Assembly (NCBI GenBank): GCA_964291395.2
Contig: OZ219856.1
Coordinates: 448,001 to 512,000, forward strand
DNA: 64,000 bases
Source of the DNA: Alphaproteobacteria bacterium
GTDB lineage: Bacteria > Pseudomonadota > Alphaproteobacteria > UBA2966
Reading direction: 5' to 3'
Position 1 is the stretch's first letter, and every line of letters starts with the position of its first letter. This document shows, piece by piece, positions 1 through 9,630 of this stretch. The notes beneath the pieces are model-generated. The model saw nothing but the letters and a program-made list of their open reading frames with translations. It had not been told where the DNA came from and searched no databases. A program made the translations under genes and the position numbers.

Positions 1-1
1 C

Positions 2-787
2 GAGAGCTTCGGCAACCGGCACGACTTCTCCCATGCCGGACGGATAGGAAACGTCGCCCGGGCCTTGTTCTCTCGGAACACGGTGCGGCGCGGGGACCGG
101 ATCCGCCTGCGGCTGATCAACGCGGCCACCGCAAGGATGTTTCCCGTGAGGATCGACGGGGGAAACGGCAAGGTCGTGGCCCATGACGGGATGCCGCTCG
201 CCGTTCCGGCCCCTCTGGGCGACCTTTTCCTCGCCCCGGCGCAGCGGACCGACGTCATGCTGGACGTGACCGGCCCGGTCTCCTTCACCCTCCTGACACG
301 GCAGGGCTCCTACGGGCTCGGCACCATCGCCGTCAGTGGGTCGAACCCCGCGCCGACCGATGCTCCGATCCGGCCCCTGCCGCCGGCCCACGTGCCCGTG
401 CCCGACCCGAACGGGGCGGCCCGCCTCACCCTCGTCATGCAGGGCGGCGCCATGGGCGGGCGGCACGGGGGCAGCGACTTCTGGGCGTTCAACGACCGGT
501 CGGGCATGGCGGACGTGCCGTGGCACCGATTTGCCCGCGGCGAGACGGCCCGGATCACGCTGCGCAACGACACCGCGTTTCCGCACGGCATCCACCTGCA
601 TGGCCACCATTTCCACGAACTCGGGGAAGATGGCTCTCTCGGACACTACCGGGACACGACCCTGGTCGATCCGCGGCAAAGCCGGGACATCCTCTGCGTG
701 TTCGACAATCCCGGCAAATGGCTCCTGCACTGCCACACGCTGGCGCACCAGGCGTCCGGCATGAAGACCTGGGTGGAGGTCGCATGA
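2..787 (+). CDS. Multicopper oxidase, 5'-truncated by the window edge
   Basis: Frame is open from base 2; C-terminal Cu ligands HGIHLHGH and WLLHCHTLAHQASGM. Confidence 0.93.
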   Translation, partial: ESFGNRHDFSHAGRIGNVARALFSRNTVRRGDRIRLRLINAATARMFPVRIDGGNGKVVAHDGMPLAVPAPLGDLFLAPAQRTDVMLDVTGPVSFTLLTRQGSYGLGTIAVSGSNPAPTDAPIRPLPPAHVPVPDPNGAARLTLVMQGGAMGGRHGGSDFWAFNDRSGMADVPWHRFARGETARITLRNDTAFPHGIHLHGHHFHELGEDGSLGHYRDTTLVDPRQSRDILCVFDNPGKWLLHCHTLAHQASGMKTWVEVA

Positions 788-1218
788 CGCGCGTCCTGCC
801 GGTTCTCGCCCTGCTCTGGCCCGCGCTGGCCATTGCGGACCACGAGCTGGACAACCGCGACATCGGAAACGGGCGCGTCCTGTACAAGGAGCACTGCGCC
901 TCCTGCCACGGCGTCCGGCTCGAAGGGCAGCCGAACTGGCAGCAGCCCGGAAAGGACGGAATCCTGCCGGCTCCGCCGCACGATGCGACCGGTCATACCT
1001 GGCATCACGACAACCGGCTTCTGTTCGACTACACGAAGCTCGGCGGCCAGGCCCTCATGGAGGCCATGGGCATCACCGGGTTCAAGAGCGGCATGCAGGG
1101 CCTCGGAGACGTCATGAGCGATGACGAGATCTGGGACGTCCTCGCCTACATCCGCTCCACCTGGCCCGACCGCATCCGGAAAATCCAGGCCACGAGAAAT
1201 CCGGAGCACGGGCAATGA
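784..1218 (+). CDS. Periplasmic monoheme cytochrome c
   Basis: Signal peptide, CASCH heme motif, PAPPHD..GHTWHH; ATGA overlap with the oxidase stop. Confidence 0.9.
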   Translation: MTRVLPVLALLWPALAIADHELDNRDIGNGRVLYKEHCASCHGVRLEGQPNWQQPGKDGILPAPPHDATGHTWHHDNRLLFDYTKLGGQALMEAMGITGFKSGMQGLGDVMSDDEIWDVLAYIRSTWPDRIRKIQATRNPEHGQ

Positions 1219-1410
1219 CCGGTCCGGGATCCGCCCGTCGGGAAAACCCGCCTTGCATCGCATACACGAATGCGTGGTTCACCCGTCTGGAGACTTCTTC
1301 GGGCATCTGTAAACGGAGGCAGCATTGAAAACACCGACGAAGCGCGTCGAAGGATGCGGCTGTCCGGCCGCAAGGTTCGATCCCATGATTTCTGCCAAAG
1401 GACTACAGAT

Positions 1411-2211
1411 ATGAACAATCCGCAGGCACAGGCAAAACCGGGGGGTGGCGCCGCCAAAGCCGTGCGGCATGCCATCATCGCAATCGCCGCGGTGACTCTG
1501 GCCGCCACGTCCCCCGCAAGCGGCGGGCGGGCGGAGTCGGCCGCCGCGCCGCCGCCCGACAGGGACGCCGTCCGCAAGATCGTCAAGGAATACCTGCTCG
1601 AACATCCCGAGATCATCGAGGATGCCATCCGGGTTCTTCAGGCCAGGCGGGAGTCGCAGGAGCGGGACCGTGTCCAGGCCTCACTCCGCCAGCACGGGGA
1701 GGCGTTGCGGGCCCATCCGATGTCCCCGGTCTCCGGCAACCCGAACGGAGACGTCACCCTCGTCGAGTTCTTCGACTACCAGTGCGGCTTTTGCAAAAGG
1801 TCGCTGAAGCCGGTGATGGACCTTCTGGAGACCGACAAGCGGCTCCGTATCGTCTGGAAGGAGTTTCCCATCCTCGGTCCGGTCTCGCGGTTCGCGGCGC
1901 GCGCGGCGATGGCTTCCGTCAAGCAGGGCCTCTACCTCGAATTCCATGTCGCCGTCATGGGATCGCGGGGCCGACTGACGGAACAACGGGTCATGGACAT
2001 CGCCGGTGATGTCGGCCTCGACGTCCAGCGCCTTCGCCGCGACATGGAGGACCCCGACATCGAGGGGTATCTCGACGAAACGATCCGCTTGGCACGGATC
2101 CTCGGCATCAACGGCACGCCGGCCTTTGTAATTGGCGACACGCTGGTTCCGGGCGCCGTGGGTCACGCACGCCTGAAGGAGCTGATCGGCAAGGCCCGGT
2201 CCGGAGGCTAG
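1411..2211 (+). CDS. DsbA family thiol-disulfide oxidoreductase
   Basis: EFFDYQCGFCK CxxC motif, cis-Pro GTP motif, YLLEHPE N-terminal helix, signal peptide. Confidence 0.9.
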   Translation: MNNPQAQAKPGGGAAKAVRHAIIAIAAVTLAATSPASGGRAESAAAPPPDRDAVRKIVKEYLLEHPEIIEDAIRVLQARRESQERDRVQASLRQHGEALRAHPMSPVSGNPNGDVTLVEFFDYQCGFCKRSLKPVMDLLETDKRLRIVWKEFPILGPVSRFAARAAMASVKQGLYLEFHVAVMGSRGRLTEQRVMDIAGDVGLDVQRLRRDMEDPDIEGYLDETIRLARILGINGTPAFVIGDTLVPGAVGHARLKELIGKARSGG

Positions 2212-2312
2212 GAAGAATCCCGTCTGCCTCCACTGCAGATTGCAATCCGGCCTCGCAACACGATGTCTGCCATTACCGAGGTCGATACCAAGGTACGACC
2301 AACGAGGTAACT

Positions 2313-2915
2313 GTGATGTCAATCCGCCGGAAAGCGTGCTTTCTCCTGCTTCCCCTCCTTCTTGCCCTTACTCCGCCGCGTCCGGCCGGGGCGGCGGAGA
2401 ACTCGCCATCGCCCTACGCCGGTCAGGAAGCCCGGCCGATCAAGAGCCTGTCTGCAGACGACCTTGCCGAACTCCGGCGAGGCGGCGGCTGGGGACTCGC
2501 CAAGGCGGCCGAACTCAACGGCATGCCCGGCCCCGCCCACCTGCTGGGGTTGAAAGACCGGATTCCCCTGACCACAGGCCAGGTGAGTGCGATCACCGCC
2601 GTCTTCGACGACATGCGCACAACCGCAATTACCGAGGGCGAACGCCTCATTGCCCGCGAGGAGGCGCTGGAGATGGCGTTCAGGAACGGCAGCGTTACCG
2701 AGAGCTCGCTGCTCGCCATGCTGTCGGAGATCGGACAGGCGCGGACGGCGTTGCGCTATACGCATCTGGCCGCGCACTTGAAGACGCTTCCACTGCTCAC
2801 AGGCGACCAGATCGCGCGTTACAACGTTCTGCGCGGATATAGCGGCGACCCTTGCGCAAGCCCGCCCCAGGGACATGACCTTCGAATGTGGCGCAAACAC
2901 AACGACTGCGAATGA
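2313..2915 (+). CDS. Periplasmic Spy/CpxP-like or heavy-metal sensor-like helical protein
   Basis: Signal peptide; [19 protein letters not shown] and LT.DQ...YN.LRGY motifs. Confidence 0.7.
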   Translation: MMSIRRKACFLLLPLLLALTPPRPAGAAENSPSPYAGQEARPIKSLSADDLAELRRGGGWGLAKAAELNGMPGPAHLLGLKDRIPLTTGQVSAITAVFDDMRTTAITEGERLIAREEALEMAFRNGSVTESSLLAMLSEIGQARTALRYTHLAAHLKTLPLLTGDQIARYNVLRGYSGDPCASPPQGHDLRMWRKHNDCE

Positions 2916-3132
2916 CTCCAACCCCGGCTGCAGGGCCTTCGGGCAGGCCTCGAGGCTCTCCAAATCCCTTCCGTCGCCATCGCCGCGACCACATCGACCG
3001 CTTCGACGGCTATCCCGCCGAATCCGTCGAGGACCGGCGCAGGCCCCGGGGGCTCCGGGTGGATTGAATCCGATTCCGGACCCCGCGTTCACCATTGTTG
3101 CGTACCGACCGCCGAGGCCTATATTGCCCGCC

Positions 3133-4293
3133 ATGGCGGTGATCGACTCCATATCTGCGCCGGTGCCTGAAGCGGCATCGACCCCCCTGCCGGAGATTGA
3201 TGTCGCGGCCGGCTCGCGTGTGGTCGTGGCGATGTCGGGAGGGGTCGACTCCTCGGTGACGGCCGCCGTCTGCAAGGCCCGGGGTTACGAGGTCGTCGGA
3301 ATCACCCTGCAGCTCTACGACCAGGGGGCGGCCTCGAACCGCAAGGGCGCCTGCTGTGCCGGACAGGACATCCACGATGCACGCCGCGTGGCCGCTTCGC
3401 TCGGCATCCCCCACTACGTGCTCGACTACGAGGCCCGCTTTCGCGAAAGCGTCATCGACGACTTCGCCGATACCTACCTCGCCGGCGAGACACCGGTTCC
3501 CTGCGTCCGCTGCAACCAGACGGTGAAGTTCCGCGATCTGGTGGCCGTGGCACGGGATCTCGGCGCCGCGGCCCTGGCGACCGGGCACTACGTGCGGCGC
3601 ACTCTCGGGCCGGCCGGTCCCGAGATGCGCCGGCCGGCCGATCTCGCGCGGGACCAGAGCTATTTCCTGTTCGCAACCACGCGCGAACAACTCGCGTATC
3701 TGCGCTTTCCGCTCGGCGGTCTCGACAAGGCGCGGACTCGCGCACTGGCCGCCCGTTTCGACTTACCCGTCGCCGCCAAGCCCGACAGTCAGGACATCTG
3801 TTTCGTGCCCCGCGGTTCCTACGCCGATGTCGTCGCCAGGCTCCGCCCGGGAGCGATCGAGCCGGGCGACATCGTCCACGTCGATGGACGCGTGGTGGGC
3901 CGGCACGACGGCGTGATCGGGTTCACCGTCGGTCAGCGCCGTGGCCTTGGGGTGGGCGGCGAGGCCGCGCCGCTCTACGTGGTCCGTCTCGAACCGGAAT
4001 CGCGCCGGGTCGTCGTCGGACCCCGCGAGGCGCTGCTGGGGCGGGAGTTCAGGACCCGGGACGTCAATTGGCTCCGGGATGCGCCGGAGGCGGGCGACGG
4101 GATCCGTGTCGCGGTCAAGGTGCGGTCCACGCATGCGCCCGTGCCGGCGGCGGTCGTCCCCGACGAGGCCGGCGGTGCGTGCGTGGCGCTGGATCGTCCC
4201 GAGGCCGGGCTCGCGCCCGGACAGGCCGCCGTCTTCTACGACGGTGACCGCGTTCTGGGCGGCGGCTGGATCTGCCGTCTCCCCGGCCGCTGA
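3133..4293 (+). CDS. mnmA: tRNA 2-thiouridylase MnmA
   Basis: SGGVDS PP-loop, [32 protein letters not shown]. Confidence 0.96.
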   Translation: MAVIDSISAPVPEAASTPLPEIDVAAGSRVVVAMSGGVDSSVTAAVCKARGYEVVGITLQLYDQGAASNRKGACCAGQDIHDARRVAASLGIPHYVLDYEARFRESVIDDFADTYLAGETPVPCVRCNQTVKFRDLVAVARDLGAAALATGHYVRRTLGPAGPEMRRPADLARDQSYFLFATTREQLAYLRFPLGGLDKARTRALAARFDLPVAAKPDSQDICFVPRGSYADVVARLRPGAIEPGDIVHVDGRVVGRHDGVIGFTVGQRRGLGVGGEAAPLYVVRLEPESRRVVVGPREALLGREFRTRDVNWLRDAPEAGDGIRVAVKVRSTHAPVPAAVVPDEAGGACVALDRPEAGLAPGQAAVFYDGDRVLGGGWICRLPGR

Positions 4294-4320
4294 CTCCGGC
4301 CGTCCCCGGTCCTCCAGCGG

Positions 4321-5529
4321 ATGAGCGCCGAGACGTCCCGGGTGGCGGCCCCGCCGCGCCCGCCGCCCATCGCCATCCTCATCGTCATCGCGGGTCTCGG
4401 ACCGACGTCGCTGAACATCTTTCTGCCGTCCATGCCGGGACTGATGCGCGCGTACGGCACCGGCTACGACACGGCGCAGCTCACGTTGTCGCTCTATCTC
4501 GTGGGTCTCGCCGTGGCGCAGCTCGGCTACGGCCCGCTCTCGGACCGCTTCGGCCGCCGCCCCGCGTTGCTCGGAGGTCTCGTCCTCTATCTGGTTGGAA
4601 GCGTCGCCTGCATCGCCGCACCGACCATCGACGCGTTGATCGCGGGCCGCGTCCTTCAAGCCGTAGGCGGATGCTCGGGAATCGTCATCAGCCGAGCCAT
4701 CATTCGCGACGTCTACGATCGCGGCCGCGCGGCCAGTGTTCTCGCCTACGTCACCATGGCCATGGTGGTCGCCCCGTTGATGGCGCCGACGGTCGGCGGA
4801 TTCCTCGACGACTGGTTTGGATGGCGGGCGGGTTTCATGCTCATGGCCGCCATCGGCGTGGTCACCCTCGCGGCATGCTTCCTGTTGCTGAACGAGACGC
4901 ATACGCCGCGGAAGGACCCCGCGCCCCAACGAGGCCTTTGGGAGGGCGCGACGGCTCTCCTCGGCCGTCGGCGCTTTCACGGCTATGCCCTCCAGGTCGC
5001 GTTCAACTCGGGCGTGTTCTACGCGTTCATCGCCGGTGCCCCTTACGTCATGATCGAGCTGTTGCAACGGTCCGCGGGCGAGTACGGCCTGTGGTTCGCC
5101 GTCGCCTCCGCCGTCTACATGTTGGGGAATTTCACCGCAGGGCGCATTTCCGAGCGGGTCGGCCCGGACCGCATGATCACCGTCGGCACGACGATCTCGC
5201 TGGTCGGCGTGGCCGCGCTGGGCGCCTTCTACCTCGGCGACGTGGTATCGCCGGCAACCCTGTTTGGCGGCATGTCGATCGTCGCCTTCGGAAACGGCAT
5301 GAGCATTCCCAACGGGATCTCGGGCGCCGTCAGCGTCGACCCCGCCCGGGCGGGCACCGCATCGGGGTTCTCGGGATTCTCGCAGATGGCGATCGGCGCG
5401 GGGACGTCCTGGGCCGTCGGGTCCCTGCTCATGGACACGGCAGGCCCGCTCGTCGCCGTCATGATCTTCAGTTCGGTCGCGGCGCGGTGTTGCTTCGAGT
5501 GGGGCGTGCGGCGCGTGCCTCTTGCTTGA
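4321..5529 (+). CDS. Bcr/CflA family MFS multidrug efflux transporter
   Basis: About 12 hydrophobic segments, GPLSDRFGRRP motif A, IFLPSMP motif. Confidence 0.9.
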   Translation: MSAETSRVAAPPRPPPIAILIVIAGLGPTSLNIFLPSMPGLMRAYGTGYDTAQLTLSLYLVGLAVAQLGYGPLSDRFGRRPALLGGLVLYLVGSVACIAAPTIDALIAGRVLQAVGGCSGIVISRAIIRDVYDRGRAASVLAYVTMAMVVAPLMAPTVGGFLDDWFGWRAGFMLMAAIGVVTLAACFLLLNETHTPRKDPAPQRGLWEGATALLGRRRFHGYALQVAFNSGVFYAFIAGAPYVMIELLQRSAGEYGLWFAVASAVYMLGNFTAGRISERVGPDRMITVGTTISLVGVAALGAFYLGDVVSPATLFGGMSIVAFGNGMSIPNGISGAVSVDPARAGTASGFSGFSQMAIGAGTSWAVGSLLMDTAGPLVAVMIFSSVAARCCFEWGVRRVPLA

Positions 5530-5554
5530 CAGGCGGCGGAGCCATAATTATAGG
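5526..5554 (+). promoter_or_regulatory. Sigma70 promoter of tRNA-Met
   Basis: TTGACA(5526)-N17-TATAGG(5549), ending 15 nt before the tRNA. Confidence 0.7.
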
Positions 5555-5569
5555 CCGGAGCCCTCGGGT

Positions 5570-5646
5570 GGCGGAGTAGCTCAGCCGGTTAGAGCAGCGG
5601 AATCATAATCCGCGTGTCGGGGGTTCGAGTCCCTCCTCCGCTACCA
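5570..5646 (+). tRNA. tRNA-Met(CAT), elongator
   Basis: 77-nt cloverleaf: GGCGGAG/CTCCGCT acceptor, GCGGA-ATCATAA-TCCGC anticodon arm, GGTTCGAGTCC T-arm, encoded CCA; lacks the initiator C1:A72 mismatch and GGG/CCC stem. Confidence 0.95.
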
Positions 5647-5789
5647 ACCTTTTACAGCAGATTCGGCCGATACCCGTACCGCCTGCGTGCCGGCGGCGAC
5701 ACGCAGCGGGGTCTCGCGATACTCGACAAGAGTTCCCACGAGACGACGCTGCAGAAAATGCCGATTGGGTTTCGGACACTTGACCGGTC

Positions 5790-5824
5790 AAGCGGGACAA
5801 GGCGGGACTAGCCGAGACTTGGCG
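5790..5824 (+). repeat. 10-bp-periodic CG(G/A)GAC triplet array, islet left end
   Basis: Motifs at 5793, 5803 and 5813; 32/35 identical to the reverse complement of about 63399-63433. Confidence 0.7.
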
Positions 5825-5901
5825 TTCCCTGGTCCGCGAAATACCGGCAGTCCCGGCGCCACAACCGGATGAGATCCTTCAACGGAACGCTCCACGCGAA
5901 T

Positions 5902-6187
5902 TGTCGATGGCGAACGAAAACTGGACATTTCTGGCAATCGAAAACTGAACACTTTGGGCGTGGGGGCGTACCCCCAAGCGGGTGTTAGACTCGGTGGAGC
6001 AACGCGACCGCCCACGAGTCTGGCGGCGACAAGCCAGTTATCCACAGCGGGCCGGCCGCACCGTCGCCTTTGTGCCCGGCGATCACTACGCGGCCCTCTT
6101 GCGGCGCCGATCCGAGCCGGATTGCAGCAGGTTCTGGTGATCCCGCATGCGGTATGAGTTCCCTCGGATGTTGACGATGTGGCAGTG
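5902..6187 (-). mobile_element. IS21-family remnant: right end plus istB 3' fragment
   Basis: TGT terminus with internal GAAAACTG repeats; minus strand 6187-6086 reads HCHIVNIRGNSYRMRDHQ...*, an IstB C-terminus. Confidence 0.8.
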
Positions 6188-6188
6188 G

Positions 6189-6295
6189 CTGGTCTCGACG
6201 GTGCAGCGCTATTTCTACCAGTGGCGCGACAACAGGCTGTGGCAGACGATCCGGTTCGATCTGGCCATGCAGGCGCGTCGAGCGCAGGACGCGCA
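6189..6295 (+). pseudogene. IS5-family transposase fragment
   Basis: STVQRYFYQWRDNRLWQTI..LAMQAR resembles the IS5 N-terminal motif. Confidence 0.65.
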
Positions 6296-6366
6296 AGAGC
6301 TCGTATTCGGTAGCGGTCAGCGCGACCGGGTTTCAGGCGACCGACACCCGGCGGCGCCCGTAGCGC

Positions 6367-7701
6367 TTACGGCATTCTCCATAATCGGGACATCGGCACT
6401 GCGTGAAAGCGATCGCCAAAGGGGACGGCGGTCTCGCCGTCATAGAGCACCACGCCGCGGACGAAGCGGTCACCGGCTGCTCTTTCGAGTTTGCGCAGTC
6501 CACGAAAGTCTCTCGAACTCACCGACGCGGCCGCCTTGATTTCCACGCCGGCGACGGCGCCGGACGCCTGCTCCATCACGATATCCGTTTCGGCGCCGTC
6601 CTTGTCCCGGAAATGGAAGAACCCGGTGGGTGTGTCTTGCCAACTCGCTTGTCTTCGCAATTCCTGAAACGCGAAGGTTTCCAGGAATTGCCCCAGAAGG
6701 GTTCGATCCGCCGCCAGCGCCTTGGCGTCGGCGCCGAGCAAGGCCGCGGCGAGGCCGGTATCGGTGAGATGCAACTTCGGACTCTTGACCAGCCGCCTCA
6801 GTCGATTGCCGTGCCAGGCAGGGAGCCGTTCCAGCAGGAAAAGCCTCTCGAGGAGCGTGACGTAATCCCCGATTGACGGCCGGCTGAGCTCGAAGGGAGA
6901 GGCCAGACTGCTGAGGTTGAACAACTGAGCCGTCCGGGCAGCCGCGGCGCGCAGAAGCCTTGGCAGGACGTCGAGCGAGCGGACCCGAGTTATGTCTCGC
7001 ACGTCGCGCTGGACGAGTGCCTCCACATAGTCGCGATACCAGTTTGCCGAACGCCTCAAGGTCGGTCGTTCCAATGCCGCAGGATAGCCGCCGGCAACGA
7101 CCGTCTCGACGAGCCGTGCTCCGAGACGCTCGCATTGGAACATCGGGAAGCCGTCACCGAACAGAGCGTTCAGGAAGCCCGCATCGGGACGAGCTGGATC
7201 TGACCGACCTGCAAGCTCAAACTGTGTCAAGGGATGCAAGGGCACGATCTGCAAGCGCCCCGCGAGCGAATCCGACAATTGGGGAACAAGAAAGACGTTG
7301 GTGGAGCCCGTAAGCAGGAAACGTCCCGCCCGCTGGCGGTCGACGGATATCTTGATCGCCTCAAACAGCTCGGGAACACGCTGGACCTCGTCGAGGATGA
7401 CGCGCTCCGGCAAGTCAGCAACGAAACCCGTCGGGTCCGCCCGGGCGCCGTCTCTCGTGACGGGATCGTCGAAGCTGAAATACTTGTAGTCCCGACCTTC
7501 CCGGGAGTATCCCCATGCAAGCCGATCGCCGCCCCAGGTCAGTCGCCGGCCCCCCAGGTGGTAGTTCGGCGTGCAGGTGATCTGGGCGAGCGTTGTCTTG
7601 CCGCACTGACGCGGGCCGTGAATCAGCACGACCGGCGAATCCTCGAGCGCTTCGACAAGCCGACGCTCGGCGGACCGGGGATAGAAGACCGGATTCGACA
7701 T
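6367..7701 (-). CDS. AAA+ ATPase with DUF4143/PD-(D/E)xK nuclease-like tail (AAA_14 type)
   Basis: GPRQCGKTT, DEVQ, LTGS, SLAGR, GGYP, KSPK, ETD..EIK; start MSNPVFYPR preferred over the longer ORF. Confidence 0.88.
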   Translation of the reverse strand: MSNPVFYPRSAERRLVEALEDSPVVLIHGPRQCGKTTLAQITCTPNYHLGGRRLTWGGDRLAWGYSREGRDYKYFSFDDPVTRDGARADPTGFVADLPERVILDEVQRVPELFEAIKISVDRQRAGRFLLTGSTNVFLVPQLSDSLAGRLQIVPLHPLTQFELAGRSDPARPDAGFLNALFGDGFPMFQCERLGARLVETVVAGGYPAALERPTLRRSANWYRDYVEALVQRDVRDITRVRSLDVLPRLLRAAAARTAQLFNLSSLASPFELSRPSIGDYVTLLERLFLLERLPAWHGNRLRRLVKSPKLHLTDTGLAAALLGADAKALAADRTLLGQFLETFAFQELRRQASWQDTPTGFFHFRDKDGAETDIVMEQASGAVAGVEIKAAASVSSRDFRGLRKLERAAGDRFVRGVVLYDGETAVPFGDRFHAVPMSRLWRMP

Positions 7702-7993
7702 CGGCCAATTGTAAGTTTGGACTTCGGCCGATTGCAAGATTGCGTCTCGGCCAATTGAAGACAAACCCATCGATTGCAGGTGAGTGAGCGCCCTCTCGTC
7801 AGGGGTGATCGAACATGGGCTGACCGGCCTGCGGGTGTGACAGCACAACGGCGTGAAGCCAACGTCAAATAACGCGGAATCGCCGTCAAATGTCGCCAGA
7901 ATCCCCGTCGTACGCCAGAATCCGCAAAGGGAAGGTGCTGCGCGCAGGCCGGATGGACGGTGCAACGAAATTAGGCAGGTTTGACAACAGACT

Positions 7994-8023
7994 TGTTGCC
8001 AACGATATTGATGCCAACAATAT
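7994..8023 (+). repeat. 15-bp tandem direct repeat near the islet right end
   Basis: TGTTGCCAACGATAT / TGATGCCAACAATAT. Confidence 0.6.
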
Positions 8024-8093
8024 CGAGTGTCGAAGACAGACTCGACCATGCGAAAGCGTGGGCCACCGCGCTCCCCGGCCGCAAGCTGGATTT

Positions 8094-8119
8094 GTCCCGG
8101 ATCGTCCCGTATGGTGCCG
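8094..8119 (-). repeat. 10-bp-periodic GTCCCG triplet array, islet right end, inverted relative to the left array
   Basis: GTCCCG at 8094, GTCCCG at 8104, GTGCCG at 8114. Confidence 0.55.
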
Positions 8120-8209
8120 GGAACCGTCATTCGGAACGTGTCCGGCAATGCGGGACGGATCATATGTCCCTATTGAAAAGACTCGTGAAAACAACATGAT
8201 ATGTCTTTG

Positions 8210-8264
8210 GAGCAGCGGAATCACAATCCGCGTGTCGGGGGTTCGAGTCCCTCCTCCGCTACCA
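8210..8264 (+). repeat. attR: duplicated 3' 55 bp of tRNA-Met
   Basis: Identical to 5592-5646 except anticodon CAT>CAC at 8224. Confidence 0.92.
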
Positions 8265-8350
8265 CTCGTTCCCTCCCCGGTCTATGCCGGAGACACGGGT
8301 AACGGAACGTACCCGGGACACGGGGTGACAACGCCGGTTCGAACGGATTC

Positions 8351-9235
8351 ATGCTGACGCCGACCCAGATAGGGGAGTACGAGGAACGGGGTTTCACGCT
8401 CGTCGAGGGCGCGGTCCCCCCCGATCTGCTCGCCGAGCTGCGCGCCGGCACGGACGAGATCGTCGAGGCCGCCCGCGGCCTGACCGAAAGCGACGAACGC
8501 TACGACTTGGAGGCGTTGCACACGCCGGAGGCGCCGAGGGTTCGCCGGCTCAAGTCGCCCTATCTGTTCTGGCCGCTGTTCGCGAAGCTCGTCCGGGAAG
8601 CGTGCATCCTGGATGCCGTGGAAGATCTGCTCGGGCACGACCTCAGGCTCTACAACCACAAGGTGAACATCAAGGCGCCGGAATACGGGGCTGCCGTCGA
8701 ATGGCATCAGGATTGGGCCTTTTATCCCCACACGAATGACGACGGTCTCGCCGCCGGGATCTACCTGGACGACGTGACGGAGGAGAACGGACCGATGATG
8801 ATCGTGCCGGGCTCGCACAGGGGAGAGGTCTACGATCATCATGCCGGCGGCTACTTTTGCGGCGCCATCGACCCGACGGCCTGCGACCTGGATTTCGGCG
8901 GCGCGGTACCGCTCACGGGTCCGGCCGGCACCATGACCCTCCACCATGTCAGGGCCGTACACGGGTCGGACCTCAACCGGTCCTCGCGTCCGCGCCGGTT
9001 CGTGATCCAGGGCTATTTCGCGGCCGACGCCTGGCCGCTGCAAGGGTATATCAAGAACTTCGACCTCGAGACGTTCGACGCCAAGATCGTGCGGGGCAGC
9101 CCGACGGGCGCACCGCGCATGGCCGATGTGCCGGTGCGCATACCGCTGCCCGAGGCGCTCAATCAGGGTTCCATCTACGAAAATCAGAACACCCTGGAGC
9201 ACCGCTACTTCGCCGCCTACGAAGAGGTCGCGTAG
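8351..9235 (+). CDS. Phytanoyl-CoA dioxygenase (PhyH) family Fe/2-oxoglutarate oxygenase
   Basis: WHQD, ENGP...PGSH and HGS.....R motifs. Confidence 0.92.
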   Translation: MLTPTQIGEYEERGFTLVEGAVPPDLLAELRAGTDEIVEAARGLTESDERYDLEALHTPEAPRVRRLKSPYLFWPLFAKLVREACILDAVEDLLGHDLRLYNHKVNIKAPEYGAAVEWHQDWAFYPHTNDDGLAAGIYLDDVTEENGPMMIVPGSHRGEVYDHHAGGYFCGAIDPTACDLDFGGAVPLTGPAGTMTLHHVRAVHGSDLNRSSRPRRFVIQGYFAADAWPLQGYIKNFDLETFDAKIVRGSPTGAPRMADVPVRIPLPEALNQGSIYENQNTLEHRYFAAYEEVA

Positions 9236-9312
9236 TCCGCCGAAGAGGGGATTCGGTCAAGCGTCCCGGATCCGGAAACCCCGGGGCCCGGCCTCCCGGG
9301 GCCGGGGCGTAT

Positions 9313-9501
9313 TCAGGAATTCTCCACTTCGCGACGGGCCGCGTCGATGGCCTCGGAGACCGCCTCGAGATCGCCGACCCGATACCCGAGCTTGAGGGCG
9401 AGCTTCGCCAGAAACAGGGTCCGGTTCTCCTCGCCGAGAGAGTCGAGCGCCAGCGCGATCTCGCGCGACACGTCCTCTCGGTCGGCGTCCGGGTCGTTCA
9501 T
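9313..9501 (-). CDS. Small DUF2783-like protein
   Basis: LFLAKLALKL...GD...V.EAI..A pattern; divergent from an FAD monooxygenase. Confidence 0.6.
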   Translation of the reverse strand: MNDPDADREDVSREIALALDSLGEENRTLFLAKLALKLGYRVGDLEAVSEAIDAARREVENS

Positions 9502-9630
9502 CGGGGTGGTCTAGCAAACTTGCCGGGTCCGCGCGAGCGGCCCCGTGTCGGCCGCCTGCCGAGCCGGTGACGGCCATCGACGTGTCCGTCCATTCACGGT
9601 ATCTGAGATACCCACGGAGGAACCTGGCAC

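Larger units (their letters stand above)
5592..8264. mobile_element. tRNA-Met-integrated genomic islet with no integrase left
   Basis: 55-bp direct repeat 5592-5646 / 8210-8264 with one mismatch, enclosing IS debris and one ATPase gene. Confidence 0.85.

Noticed and set aside
7702-8163. 154-aa N-terminal extension of the islet ATPase
   Set aside because: No recognisable motifs and it overlaps end-of-element repeats; the family start fits 7701
8210-8264. Second tRNA (Val-CAC)
   Set aside because: It lacks the 5' acceptor strand and most of the D-arm; it is the att duplication
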